This document shows positions 9,906 through 18,328 of a stretch of DNA of 27,088 nucleotides, piece after piece. Location: IMG/VR virus record IMGVR_UViG_3300005611_000167, positions 1-27,088 of that record; one strand, written 5' to 3'. Position 1 is the first letter of the stretch; every line of letters begins with the position of its first letter. A program made the translations under genes and the position numbers. The notes beneath the pieces are model-generated. The model did no database searches. It had not been told where the DNA came from and saw only the letters and a list, made by a program, of their open reading frames with translations. Source of the DNA: a virus. Lineage: Duplodnaviria; Caudoviricetes.

Positions 9906-10731
9906 TGACCACCTCTGTTAAGTATCTGGGTCCGCCTGAGTACAGGAATGTTCTTACTCCGGGCCAGCAGGTATGCTTGTAGGGACAATAGGAACAACCG
10001 ACTGCGAGCTTTTGATTTCCACTTTTGCCATCTGGTACGGTTTCGTGGCAGTGCTCTGGTGCTTCCGGTTGCTCTACGAGCTTTTTTACACGGTTGATGT
10101 GCTCCTCTATGTCGTACGAAATCTTGTCGTACACAGGCGCTTGTGTGTCCTCAGAATCGTACATCAGGTAAGTCAGATGCCCGTTCTGTTTGTCCATAGC
10201 TAACCAGCCAAACTTGGTTTCGCCTTCCGAGTGTGCATACCCTTTAATTTGAGCAACGTATCCAAACGGGTCATCAAAAGCGAGACTTCCATCTTTGAAT
10301 TTTTTAAACCCAAAACTCGACACAGATTTAACATCAGTGACAACACCATCAATTTTGCAATCCATAGAGCCTGTGATACCCGCCACTTCACACTGCTTCT
10401 GTTCATCTGTAACCTCGTGTCCTGATAGTCTAGTGAGAAATAAAAGCATCTCTTCGATCAGATGCCCGTACATAAATTTGACGTACGTGTTGGGGGTCAT
10501 CTCCTCTTGTACGTCTGGGTTGTTGACCACGTTCCAGAGATACCTGTCGTCGCGCCCGATGTTAGACATTCGTAGCTTGCGTCCGTCACGTTTCTCTGTG
10601 AACAGGTTTGCCATGAGTCGCTTGCAGTTTTCACCAAAGCGATCAATCTCATCGTACAGATCGACACCTTCTGCTGGCTCCTTCTCAGAAACCACCTTGT
10701 AAATGTCGTCTACCAGTGAGTATATATTCAT
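9880..10731 (-). CDS. PD-(D/E)XK exonuclease, RecB/Cas4-like
   Basis: LRMSNIG, GHLIE, GSMD..IDG...DVKS, QIKGY and C-terminal CSYCPYKHTCW. Confidence 0.8.
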   Translation of the reverse strand: MNIYSLVDDIYKVVSEKEPAEGVDLYDEIDRFGENCKRLMANLFTEKRDGRKLRMSNIGRDDRYLWNVVNNPDVQEEMTPNTYVKFMYGHLIEEMLLFLTRLSGHEVTDEQKQCEVAGITGSMDCKIDGVVTDVKSVSSFGFKKFKDGSLAFDDPFGYVAQIKGYAHSEGETKFGWLAMDKQNGHLTYLMYDSEDTQAPVYDKISYDIEEHINRVKKLVEQPEAPEHCHETVPDGKSGNQKLAVGCSYCPYKHTCWPGVRTFLYSGGPRYLTEVVNEPKVAEV

Positions 10732-11018
10732 GCTGCGTCCTTGTGGTGGTTAATCCACCGTAGCTTTCGTGTTGCGGGGTCAAAGCCAACGATTCTGACG
10801 CCCCTCTCTTTTTGCTCTTTGGTTCTGGTGTTGTGAATCTGTGACTTGTAAAGGGTTTTAATATCAATCAAGATACACTCACCCTCCTTCCATGCCACCA
10901 TGTCAGCAAAGCCTGTGGCTCCGGGGTTCAAGAACACCTCGTATCCGTTGTCCCAGAGCCAAGTCACTGCGTAAAACTCTGCAACGTCTCCTACTCTATT
11001 GCTGTCTGTAATCTTCAT
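10728..11018 (-). CDS. small PD-(D/E)XK nuclease-fold protein (Hjc-like)
   Basis: GDVAE..A...L...GYEV, ADMVA, LIDIKT; TGATG overlap with polymerase stop. Confidence 0.65.
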   Translation of the reverse strand: MKITDSNRVGDVAEFYAVTWLWDNGYEVFLNPGATGFADMVAWKEGECILIDIKTLYKSQIHNTRTKEQKERGVRIVGFDPATRKLRWINHHKDAA

Positions 11019-12667
11019 CAGTGTGTCTCCGACCACGTATCTCCGACTTGGTACTCCCCGTCGAGGGGACACCTGAGTTCAAAAGAAATGCCAGCCGCCT
11101 TGATGCACTCGACTGCGAGCCAGCCGTACTTCTCTGCTTGTTCAGTAGCCACCTCCGATTGTATCTCGTCATGTACGTTCCCCACAAACTTGTAGTCAAT
11201 GTTGTGCTGTGTCGCGTAGTCATCCAGAAGAACCAAAGCCCTCTTCATAATGATTGCACCAGCCGCCTGTAGCAGTGTGTTCAATGCACTATGTTCTGAC
11301 CTGACCCAGAGTTTTCTTCCGTCGAGTCCAACGAGATGACCCTTCCGAGACGCCTGTCCAACTCTGTCTCGTAGAGTTTCAAGAGCAGGTGTATTTCGTA
11401 GAAAGCGTGTCCTAAGCTCATTGCCATCTCGCGCAGATCCTCCGACGATGCTTCCAATTTTGGCGTCCCCTGCTCCGTAGAGGAAAGCGTAGATGAAAGT
11501 CTTTGCCTGAGGTCTTGTTGCAAGTCCTGCAGCAGTTTGATTTCTGGTGTGAATGTCGTCTCTAAGCAAGACATTTGTAAACTCCTCATCGCCCATGTAG
11601 TGAGCGAGCATCCGTAGTTCTAGTCCACTAGCGTCAACACCCACTAGCTTACGTCCCTCTGGTACAATCCAGCAGTCACGGCACTCCTTGCCAAACTGAG
11701 AGTTGATAGACGGAACCTGTGCCATGTTGGGATTCTGGTGCGTCATACGTCCTGTGATAGCACCGTTTGTTGTAACCCTTCCGTGTACTCTACCGTCGTC
11801 CTGTACGTGTTCTATCCAAGAGGATACTTGTGCGTATCGCTTTTGCAAGAGTAGGTACTCAAGTACGAGGACAGCCTCCGGTATATGTTTATTCTCCTCC
11901 AGCGTTTTCTCGTCCACTTGCGGCCTACCGGATGGCGTGAGTTCCGACCATACCGCACCTTTAGCTTCAAGTCGTTCTGCCACCTGTTGACGGGAACCGG
12001 GGTTGAAGACCGTAACCTTATCCTTAAGACGCTTGCCTGTCTTCTCCGACCACCTTTCCTCAACAATCGGCGGGAACACCCTCTGGAGTTCTTCCTCAAT
12101 ATCATACATACGCTCCTTGAACCTAGCACACAGCGTGTGACACAGCCGTTGATCCAGTAACCACCCGTTGTTCACCTGTCCCTGTATGATCCACTGTACC
12201 TGATGCTCCAGATCCTGTGACTCTTTGGAAAACCCGTCTAGCTCCACACGTAGCCTGCTGTACACAGCCTCAGTCAACTCTACGTCACGTATGCAGTAGT
12301 CGATCATGGCTGGGGATAACCTAGTCCAGTCCTCGTGGTCGCCTTTTGCAAAGCCTAGGATGTTGCCCCAGTTACGCAGAGAGTGTCCACCAGACCTGCT
12401 AGGGTCTGCCAAGCGTGACAGTACTAGAGTGTCAAGGACCATGCTCCGGTCAAAAGTAAAATTCCAAAGACGCTCGACCACAGGAACATCAAAGCCAATT
12501 CCGTTGTGGAATACGAATTGAGCCGGTGCTTTACGCGATACATACGCTTTGAAGTCTTTTTCATTGCAGATTACCTCCGCTTCTCCGTTGTGTTGGCAGA
12601 CCGCACACCAGATAACACTAGGGTCCAGCCCGTCAGTTTCGATATCTACGAAAATTAAGTTAGCCAT
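11018..12667 (-). CDS. polA: family A DNA polymerase with 3'-5' exonuclease domain
   Basis: DIETDG, HNGIGFD, YCIRD exonuclease motifs; DASGLELR (A), RPQAKTFIYAFLYG (B), NVHDE (C). Start moved to ATG 12667. Confidence 0.95.
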   Translation of the reverse strand: MANLIFVDIETDGLDPSVIWCAVCQHNGEAEVICNEKDFKAYVSRKAPAQFVFHNGIGFDVPVVERLWNFTFDRSMVLDTLVLSRLADPSRSGGHSLRNWGNILGFAKGDHEDWTRLSPAMIDYCIRDVELTEAVYSRLRVELDGFSKESQDLEHQVQWIIQGQVNNGWLLDQRLCHTLCARFKERMYDIEEELQRVFPPIVEERWSEKTGKRLKDKVTVFNPGSRQQVAERLEAKGAVWSELTPSGRPQVDEKTLEENKHIPEAVLVLEYLLLQKRYAQVSSWIEHVQDDGRVHGRVTTNGAITGRMTHQNPNMAQVPSINSQFGKECRDCWIVPEGRKLVGVDASGLELRMLAHYMGDEEFTNVLLRDDIHTRNQTAAGLATRPQAKTFIYAFLYGAGDAKIGSIVGGSARDGNELRTRFLRNTPALETLRDRVGQASRKGHLVGLDGRKLWVRSEHSALNTLLQAAGAIIMKRALVLLDDYATQHNIDYKFVGNVHDEIQSEVATEQAEKYGWLAVECIKAAGISFELRCPLDGEYQVGDTWSETH

Positions 12668-13016
12668 AGGTGTGAACCATGTGGCAGTTAGCGCATAGAA
12701 CTCTACACTTTTTAATCTCCTCCCAGACAACCTCTGCTGGTCGCCTCTGAGACAGCAATGTAGCCACAGCCGCGTGTTTACTATTGCGGTCTATGTGGTC
12801 AAACTGAAGCGCCGCAGGGTGTTCGTTGTACCCACAGATTTCACAGCCTTTCTCTACCTTGTAATCAAAGAACGGCTTTGTGTAGTTTTTACGCCGCACT
12901 GTCGCCTTCTCTGAACAACAATCCTTGCAGTAAGGGTTCAGGCCATCTTTGCGACTTCTGTTCTTATGAAACTCGGAGTGTTCTTTGTCCTGCTTACAGG
13001 ATGCGCAAGTTTTCAA
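12660..13016 (-). CDS. HNH endonuclease with N-terminal zinc finger
   Basis: CASC..CKDC, then CEICG..LQFDHID..LCANCHMVH. Confidence 0.85.
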   Translation of the reverse strand: MKTCASCKQDKEHSEFHKNRSRKDGLNPYCKDCCSEKATVRRKNYTKPFFDYKVEKGCEICGYNEHPAALQFDHIDRNSKHAAVATLLSQRRPAEVVWEEIKKCRVLCANCHMVHTYG

Positions 13017-14623
13017 AACTCAGTCTCCGGTGGGTTAGGGTTAGCGCACTCGTGGATACGCCCTGTAAACTTATCGTACCGTAGCCAACAGGCTGGTCCA
13101 GTCTCACCAGAGTAGCGATTCTTTAGGATACGTACTGTGGTCGTATTCCGTATGTCATCGTCCTGATGCTGCTGGTCACGCTCCATGCCTATGACTATAT
13201 CGGAGAGTTGAGCAATACTCTGGCTACCCCTGAGATCCTGAAGGCTGATGCGTCCTCCGTCCTCGTGTGCAGTGCCAGATGATCTACGCAGGTGCGACAC
13301 TAGGAACAACGTGATCCCTGTCTCTGCCACCAGTGTGCGTAGCTTGGTCATAATCTCATCTATAGCTTTCCGTTCGTCCCCGTTCTCTTGAGAAGAAACC
13401 ACGATGGACAGGTGGTCGAGGATGATATATCTGCAGTCGCAGGCCTTTGCCATGTGCCGTACTCTTGAAAGAAGCTCGTCGGCTGACGTTGATCCCCAGT
13501 GGTCGAACAGGTAATAACGTCCAGACCCCATCGTTGCTTCCCAATGAGGTCTAAGCTCATCAACAGGCGTGTCCTCCTCCAAGTGTAGTCGCCTAGATGA
13601 TGCCACCGACATAATTCCCAGAGCTGTCGTTGCGACATCTTCCTCCAGTGCAAGTACACCAATGTTGGCGTCTGTGCGTTGGAGCAAATCGTACTCAAGC
13701 TCTCTGATAAACTGGGACTTTCCCATACCACTACCGCTGGTGATAGTGACCAGCTCAAACGGTCTGTGTCCTCTTGTGATTTCATTTAGTCCATCCCACG
13801 GGTACGGTATGCTCTGTACCTGCCGCTTGTTTACCAAAGCCTCCCATGTGTCAGCACCAGCGATGATACCGTCTGGTCTGTACACCTTTGCGTCCCACCA
13901 CGCCTGTGTAAACTCTTGCACCCTGTTAGCCATCAGCATTTCACTGGCATCCTTCAAGGGTAGCTTACATATCTTCAGCTTGTTAGGACTAAAGAGGTCT
14001 TTGATCTGCTCTACAGCTAACTCTCCAGCCTTGTCTTGGTCAAAGCAAAGTACCACGTTATCGTAGCCCTCAAGCCACTCCAGCTGTGCTTTGATCTCCT
14101 TTGACGCACTACTAGCGCCTGATCTAAGTGATACCACATCGTACTTCTGTCCGAACATTTCGTAGACAGACATGGCGTCCAGTTCACCCTCAGTGATCGT
14201 GACAAACTTGCCCCTGCCACGGCACTGCTTCTGACCAAACAGACCTATGTTGGACATGGTGCCCGACGATAGGAAGTCCTTGGTCTTGACCACGCGAGAC
14301 TTAGCGGCAACTAGCTCGCCCGTGTCTACATCGTAGTACGGGTAGTAGTGCCTAGCGATCTTACCGTTAGCATCGTACTCCACCGTGACCTGATAGTGCC
14401 TAGTGGTCTTGGCAGACAAACGACGCTCTGGTATCTCAGCTACCACACCGCCCATGTTTAGGTTACTAGGTGTTGTCACCTGTGTTTCCTCTCCGGTTTC
14501 ACCGTTTACGTGATAGTCACAGTCGGCAGAAAAACAGTGGCGGCCCCCATTGGAGTAAACCGCCACATTGTTCCTACTACCGCACTTGGGACATTCCTCG
14601 TGGTGTAGGAATTTAGAGTCCAT
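13013..14623 (-). CDS. T7 gp4-like DNA primase-helicase
   Basis: Zn ribbon CPKC..HCF..C, TOPRIM EGELD and DQD, Walker A SGSGMGKS, ILDH, LRGS, KNRYSG. Confidence 0.95.
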   Translation of the reverse strand: MDSKFLHHEECPKCGSRNNVAVYSNGGRHCFSADCDYHVNGETGEETQVTTPSNLNMGGVVAEIPERRLSAKTTRHYQVTVEYDANGKIARHYYPYYDVDTGELVAAKSRVVKTKDFLSSGTMSNIGLFGQKQCRGRGKFVTITEGELDAMSVYEMFGQKYDVVSLRSGASSASKEIKAQLEWLEGYDNVVLCFDQDKAGELAVEQIKDLFSPNKLKICKLPLKDASEMLMANRVQEFTQAWWDAKVYRPDGIIAGADTWEALVNKRQVQSIPYPWDGLNEITRGHRPFELVTITSGSGMGKSQFIRELEYDLLQRTDANIGVLALEEDVATTALGIMSVASSRRLHLEEDTPVDELRPHWEATMGSGRYYLFDHWGSTSADELLSRVRHMAKACDCRYIILDHLSIVVSSQENGDERKAIDEIMTKLRTLVAETGITLFLVSHLRRSSGTAHEDGGRISLQDLRGSQSIAQLSDIVIGMERDQQHQDDDIRNTTTVRILKNRYSGETGPACWLRYDKFTGRIHECANPNPPETEF

Positions 14624-14997
14624 CAGAAGTCCACAGCCTCCTCAGATACTTCTGCTAACTCTAGCACCTTCACAGCCTCCAGATAAGTTGGAGTACCATG
14701 GACAGGATGTGCTGGACCTGTCTTGTACTTCAGACGTACACGAGAGTTATAGGGAACCTCGCCCTCAAAACGATCACCTTCGGAATTGTACATACCGATG
14801 GTGTACTTGGACTTAAACTTGCGTTGCTTGTTGCCCTCGTACTCCTTGATCTTGACACCCTGTGACGCCAGTGTTGCAGCATCGTCCTCTGACATGGTGA
14901 TTGTCATTGAGAAAGAGCCAGTGTCCTGACCGTTGTACACATCGTGCTTGGTGACGTTGCTGAAGTTTACTACACCTTCGATAACTTGACTTGCCAT
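14623..14997 (-). CDS. single-stranded DNA-binding protein (gp2.5-like)
   Basis: 124 aa beta-rich, acidic tail ending in Phe (EEAVDF), directly upstream of primase-helicase. Confidence 0.75.
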   Translation of the reverse strand: MASQVIEGVVNFSNVTKHDVYNGQDTGSFSMTITMSEDDAATLASQGVKIKEYEGNKQRKFKSKYTIGMYNSEGDRFEGEVPYNSRVRLKYKTGPAHPVHGTPTYLEAVKVLELAEVSEEAVDF

Positions 14998-15045
14998 TGA
15001 GATAATCCTCGTTAGTTAATTAACTGTACCCAAAGGTACACCAAT

Positions 15046-15074
15046 AGTATACCACGGACCTCCTGTGTTTGCAA
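15046..15074 (-). promoter_or_regulatory. sigma-70 promoter for the replication operon
   Basis: Minus strand TTGCAA-17 bp-TATACT with extended -10 TG. Confidence 0.75.
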
Positions 15075-15347
15075 TTAAATGTTTACCCAACCGTAATTAT
15101 TCACAACTTTTATTGAGATGTACCCATCAGGGTGAAACTCGTAGGCCTCTTTCAGCGATTCAACAACCTTGAGTACTGCCTGATCTAGCTCTGGCCTCAT
15201 GTGTGCGCCCATGAACGGAATACGCGCTAGTTCTTCCAGAGATCCGTCTGACTGGTGTTCGTACACAATAATCACACAGTCGTGCCATAAGTCAGCTTCA
15301 GTTACTTCTGTAGTAACTTCTGTAGTAACTCCTGTAGTATTACCCAT
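15075..15347 (-). CDS. hypothetical protein with N-terminal TTEV repeats
   Basis: 90 aa, AAGGA SD. Confidence 0.65.
   Translation of the reverse strand: MGNTTGVTTEVTTEVTEADLWHDCVIIVYEHQSDGSLEELARIPFMGAHMRPELDQAVLKVVESLKEAYEFHPDGYISIKVVNNYGWVNI
15304..15339. repeat. 12-bp tandem repeat x3
   Basis: acttctgtagta acttctgtagta actcctgtagta. Confidence 0.85.
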
Positions 15348-15372
15348 TAGTTTATTCCTTTAGTTTATATCT

Positions 15373-15606
15373 TTAGTAGTCCTTAATACTACTTAAGATG
15401 TTATCATAGTTCTCCTGTAATTGCAACACATCATCCTGTGAAATAATACCGTCATTAGGTATTGACTCCATGTTCTCAAGCTCCCAGTGGGTAGCTATGG
15501 ATACTGTCAAACATTCTGTACACAAATCGTAGTGTACCCCGTTAGCATCTTTCTTTGCTGTCTCTACGTCATCTAATATAACGTCACACGCTTTACATCT
15601 CATCAT
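15373..15606 (-). CDS. small acidic zinc-finger-like protein
   Basis: RCKAC...DLCTEC; GGGAG SD before ATG 15606/15603. Confidence 0.7.
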   Translation of the reverse strand: MMRCKACDVILDDVETAKKDANGVHYDLCTECLTVSIATHWELENMESIPNDGIISQDDVLQLQENYDNILSSIKDY

Positions 15607-15733
15607 AATCTCCCTGACCAAACTTCTCTGGGTCTTTCCTAGTAACCAAAATTATGGCGTTTATTACGCAAAGAAATAAGCCCACTGCCCAAAAACCACA
15701 CCAGAGTAAAAACAAACTAAACAAAAAATCCAT
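15593..15733 (-). CDS. small membrane protein (46 aa)
   Basis: MDFLFSLFLLWCGFWAVGLFLCVINAIILV...; TAATG coupling, GGAGG SD. Confidence 0.6.
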   Translation of the reverse strand: MDFLFSLFLLWCGFWAVGLFLCVINAIILVTRKDPEKFGQGDYDEM

Positions 15734-15930
15734 TATCCGTTGTCCTCCGGTCCAAAGATTTGACCAAACGCCCTGCACAATTCGTTGTAACTCATGGCGC
15801 TGTACTTCTCACGTATCGACGTACGTGCAATGGCAACCACCGTTGCAAAGTCGATAAAGCCTAGCTCGTACTCTGTCAAGTCTTGTATCATCTGCTCCTG
15901 TGACAGATCAGGTTCGTTGTGTTCAAACAT
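15733..15930 (-). CDS. hypothetical acidic early protein
   Basis: 65 aa, AGGGG SD, coupled at both ends. Confidence 0.7.
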   Translation of the reverse strand: MFEHNEPDLSQEQMIQDLTEYELGFIDFATVVAIARTSIREKYSAMSYNELCRAFGQIFGPEDNG

Positions 15931-15998
15931 TATCTATCCCCTGTTGCTATACTGATTATCCAAAAGATTGCCACTGCCGCTATAAAACACCAAATCAT
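15930..15998 (-). CDS. membrane micro-peptide (22 aa), missing from ORF track
   Basis: MIWCFIAAVAIFWIISIATGDR; GGAGG SD; ATGA and TAATG overlaps fill the gap exactly. Confidence 0.6.
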   Translation of the reverse strand: MIWCFIAAVAIFWIISIATGDR

Positions 15999-16468
15999 GC
16001 CGCCTCCCGTCCGTACCAGCGCATAGGGATACCTCTAGCGTCCCAATCGTCTGCTTTGTAGTTGTAGTACACCTGATAGCCTAGCACAGCATCGGGTCGC
16101 TTGCACTCGTCTGGCATACACTGTGGTGGGTCAGTGAAACCACCGTCAGGGATGCCGTTAGGGGGCCACATAAGCGTCTCTGAGTGCTTTTGGATGGTGG
16201 CGTGTACCTTACCATAGCGTCGGGTATATTCGTCTCCTAGAGCCTCTAGATGCCTTCTAAGCCATCTGTAATTATGGCGACTCTGACGCACCCACACTGC
16301 GCTGGGGTGGTTCTTGTGCGTAGACTTGTACGCAATCTGCCCACCGTCTAGCTCATTGTGCGCCGTGCTGAGCAGCTGTGCTGTCTCTAGAATCATTTTG
16401 ACTACGTGTCGGTCACACTGTAGCTTTGCTGCCTCGTGTGGGTCACGTGATAGGTAAAATATGTTCAT
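15995..16468 (-). CDS. pyrimidine dimer DNA glycosylase/endonuclease V-like protein
   Basis: MNIFYL..DP...A....DRHVVKMILE.AQLLSTAH, H.NHP...W, EY..RYGK.H, PQCMPD signature. Confidence 0.8.
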   Translation of the reverse strand: MNIFYLSRDPHEAAKLQCDRHVVKMILETAQLLSTAHNELDGGQIAYKSTHKNHPSAVWVRQSRHNYRWLRRHLEALGDEYTRRYGKVHATIQKHSETLMWPPNGIPDGGFTDPPQCMPDECKRPDAVLGYQVYYNYKADDWDARGIPMRWYGREAA

Positions 16469-16704
16469 TTTTTCACCCTTTTGTGCTTAATGCAGCAACA
16501 CTCGTGTGGCTCGTATTCAATTCGTTGCCAACCTTCAATGTTCTCTGGTTTAACGTGAGTATAGAGGGCTAAAAACTCCACGATTTCCTCTAACCTGTAT
16601 CTGTCGTAATTATCTATCCGCTCGCCTACCTGAAAATTGGGAACACTCAATAAATCACTCAGCACAAACTCAATAACCTTTTTATCTTTTGCGTATGTTT
16701 TCAT
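16465..16704 (-). CDS. hypothetical early protein
   Basis: 79 aa, GGAGG SD, ATGA overlaps at both ends. Confidence 0.65.
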   Translation of the reverse strand: MKTYAKDKKVIEFVLSDLLSVPNFQVGERIDNYDRYRLEEIVEFLALYTHVKPENIEGWQRIEYEPHECCCIKHKRVKK

Positions 16705-16925
16705 GGTTCCTCCCCATGTGGTTCTCCGATCCCGTGTTTATAGTACTGCTCGTGTCGGTACTCGTCCTCGCAAGTCTCGCACAAGCCCGTGTCAATGTCA
16801 ACACTATCGACAATCTCGTAACACCCGCCGCAGATGTGCGTGTACTCTATTTCCGTTAGTCGCTTGTACGGGCCTGTGCCGTCAAAGTAGTGACTGTAGT
16901 CGCTGTATACGTCGTCTTCGTTCAT
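16701..16925 (-). CDS. acidic zinc-finger-like early protein
   Basis: CGGC...CETC, GGGGAG SD. Confidence 0.7.
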   Translation of the reverse strand: MNEDDVYSDYSHYFDGTGPYKRLTEIEYTHICGGCYEIVDSVDIDTGLCETCEDEYRHEQYYKHGIGEPHGEEP

Positions 16926-16938
16926 GTCTATCGCTCCC

Positions 16939-17019
16939 CTAGTATTCCTCTGAAAAGATTAGCCAAGTGGTTATCAAAAGACAACCAAAGCCCCACAACC
17001 ATACAACATCGTTTTCCAT
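16939..17019 (-). CDS. membrane micro-peptide (26 aa), missing from ORF track
   Basis: MENDVVWLWGFGCLLITTWLIFSEEY; GGAGG SD; TAATG overlap with upstream stop. Confidence 0.6.
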   Translation of the reverse strand: MENDVVWLWGFGCLLITTWLIFSEEY

Positions 17020-17375
17020 TAGTCAAACCTCCCAATTTTAGTCTCGCCTGTGTCGTTGTCTCTGATAGCCGTGATCGCGTAAGGGTAACAGTACATGGTA
17101 AAACGCTCCCGAAACGCTATTGTGGCGTACGGTTGCAAGTCTGGATCTTCTGGTGACTGGTACGCGCCAGAGTCTGCTACAGTCCCGCCGAATGGGTACT
17201 GAAAGCCCCCAAACTGATAGATTTCATCCATCGCATCCGCTAGGCTGTCTAGTGTGCCCGTGTCGCCTAGGTTTTGCGTAGCGCTGATAAAAAACTCTGG
17301 CAACAGCCCCAGATACTCCCGTGTGGCTTCTGGGTATACCTTAGAAGGATCCCAGCTTACTGTGTACTCTTTCAT
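17019..17375 (-). CDS. hypothetical acidic early protein
   Basis: MKEYTVSW..., AGGAG SD before ATG 17375. Confidence 0.7.
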   Translation of the reverse strand: MKEYTVSWDPSKVYPEATREYLGLLPEFFISATQNLGDTGTLDSLADAMDEIYQFGGFQYPFGGTVADSGAYQSPEDPDLQPYATIAFRERFTMYCYPYAITAIRDNDTGETKIGRFD

Positions 17376-17379
17376 GGTG

Positions 17380-18030
17380 TTATGCTCCTGTGGTTGCAAT
17401 TACGTCTCGCTGTCTCTTTTCCATACTGCGCCCGTGTCCGATATAGGCTACCACGGAAACGCTTTTATCCCAACACGCTCGGCATTTGTCGCATTTACCG
17501 GCGCGTGTGTACGCTTCGCAGACTACGGCATCTGTGGGCACCGTGTCAAGCGTTGCAATGGTGCTAGTAGTGCTACCCTGTATTGTCTCGCCTGTAATGC
17601 TGTCGGATGACAAGCGCACCACTACGTTAGGCAGTGACTCTAGTCTCGCTAGCACTAGCGCAAACTTCTGAAACTTGTGCATCCGTGTGGGTATCCAGTG
17701 TTTAACCCATGGTGTACGCTCGCAGACTTCTAGGATTTTCCTAGCGAGTCTGACGTCATACATATCGCCACTGTCAAACCACCGGAAATATCTGTCGTTG
17801 TCTAGCTCTGACACCATGTCGTCTGCCCAGTCGTCACGCTTCCAGTCGTCTCTGTTGTGCTCACGTGGTGCACGGACACTCTTAAACCTGTAGTTTCCCG
17901 TAGTCGCATAGCATCCGCTACACGCTGGCACTAGTGCACCACTGGCATCTCTGGACGCTGGGCATGTGTCTAACGCTTGCAGTGACCACGATCTACAGGG
18001 CATCTTTGATGCCTTCGATAGTTTCAACAT
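17380..18030 (-). CDS. GP88-family radical-SAM-like Fe-S protein
   Basis: CP-x12-CSGCYA, FRWFDSGD, HWIPTR, NVVVRLS and C-terminal C-x7-CDKCRACW. Confidence 0.75.
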   Translation of the reverse strand: MLKLSKASKMPCRSWSLQALDTCPASRDASGALVPACSGCYATTGNYRFKSVRAPREHNRDDWKRDDWADDMVSELDNDRYFRWFDSGDMYDVRLARKILEVCERTPWVKHWIPTRMHKFQKFALVLARLESLPNVVVRLSSDSITGETIQGSTTSTIATLDTVPTDAVVCEAYTRAGKCDKCRACWDKSVSVVAYIGHGRSMEKRQRDVIATTGA

Positions 18031-18032
18031 GG

Positions 18033-18224
18033 TTAAATCCCCCTAGTGTCTAGCACTATATCTGTTGCGATACCCCGCACCGAATACATGAGATCATAAG
18101 AGTATAGCCTACCCTCTGCGCCCGTGTAAGTCTCATGGGCAGAAATTAGTCTATTATCTACCCTAAATTCCCATAGTCCGCTGATGTCATTTTTGGCTAC
18201 TCTTAAATGCCTAGTGTTTGTCAT
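18033..18224 (-). CDS. hypothetical protein, first early gene
   Basis: 63 aa, AGGAG SD. Confidence 0.65.
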   Translation of the reverse strand: MTNTRHLRVAKNDISGLWEFRVDNRLISAHETYTGAEGRLYSYDLMYSVRGIATDIVLDTRGI

Positions 18225-18275
18225 CTTGTTTTGCTCCTATGGGGTGGCTGGTGTGTCCCCGCTCGCCGTGTGTAC

Positions 18276-18303
18276 ATAGTGCCACAACCAGAGATAAACG
18301 CAA
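18276..18303 (-). promoter_or_regulatory. putative sigma-70 early promoter
   Basis: Minus strand TTGCGT-16 bp-CACTAT with extended -10 TG, about 50 bp upstream of first early gene. Confidence 0.5.
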
Positions 18304-18314
18304 GTATTATCTTT

Positions 18315-18328
18315 TGGTAATTTTACCA
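18315..18328. promoter_or_regulatory. palindromic operator-like site
   Basis: TGGTAA-TT-TTACCA between back-to-back promoter elements. Confidence 0.45.

Noticed and set aside
6634-14623. Inteins or introns in nrdJ, polA or helicase
   Set aside because: All are uninterrupted, compact, and have motifs at normal spacing.
1267-14816. Numerous antisense and alternate-frame ORFs inside large genes (e.g. 13569-14066, 10295-10702, 7725-8123)
   Set aside because: Shadow ORFs of well-supported genes with no SD or motifs.
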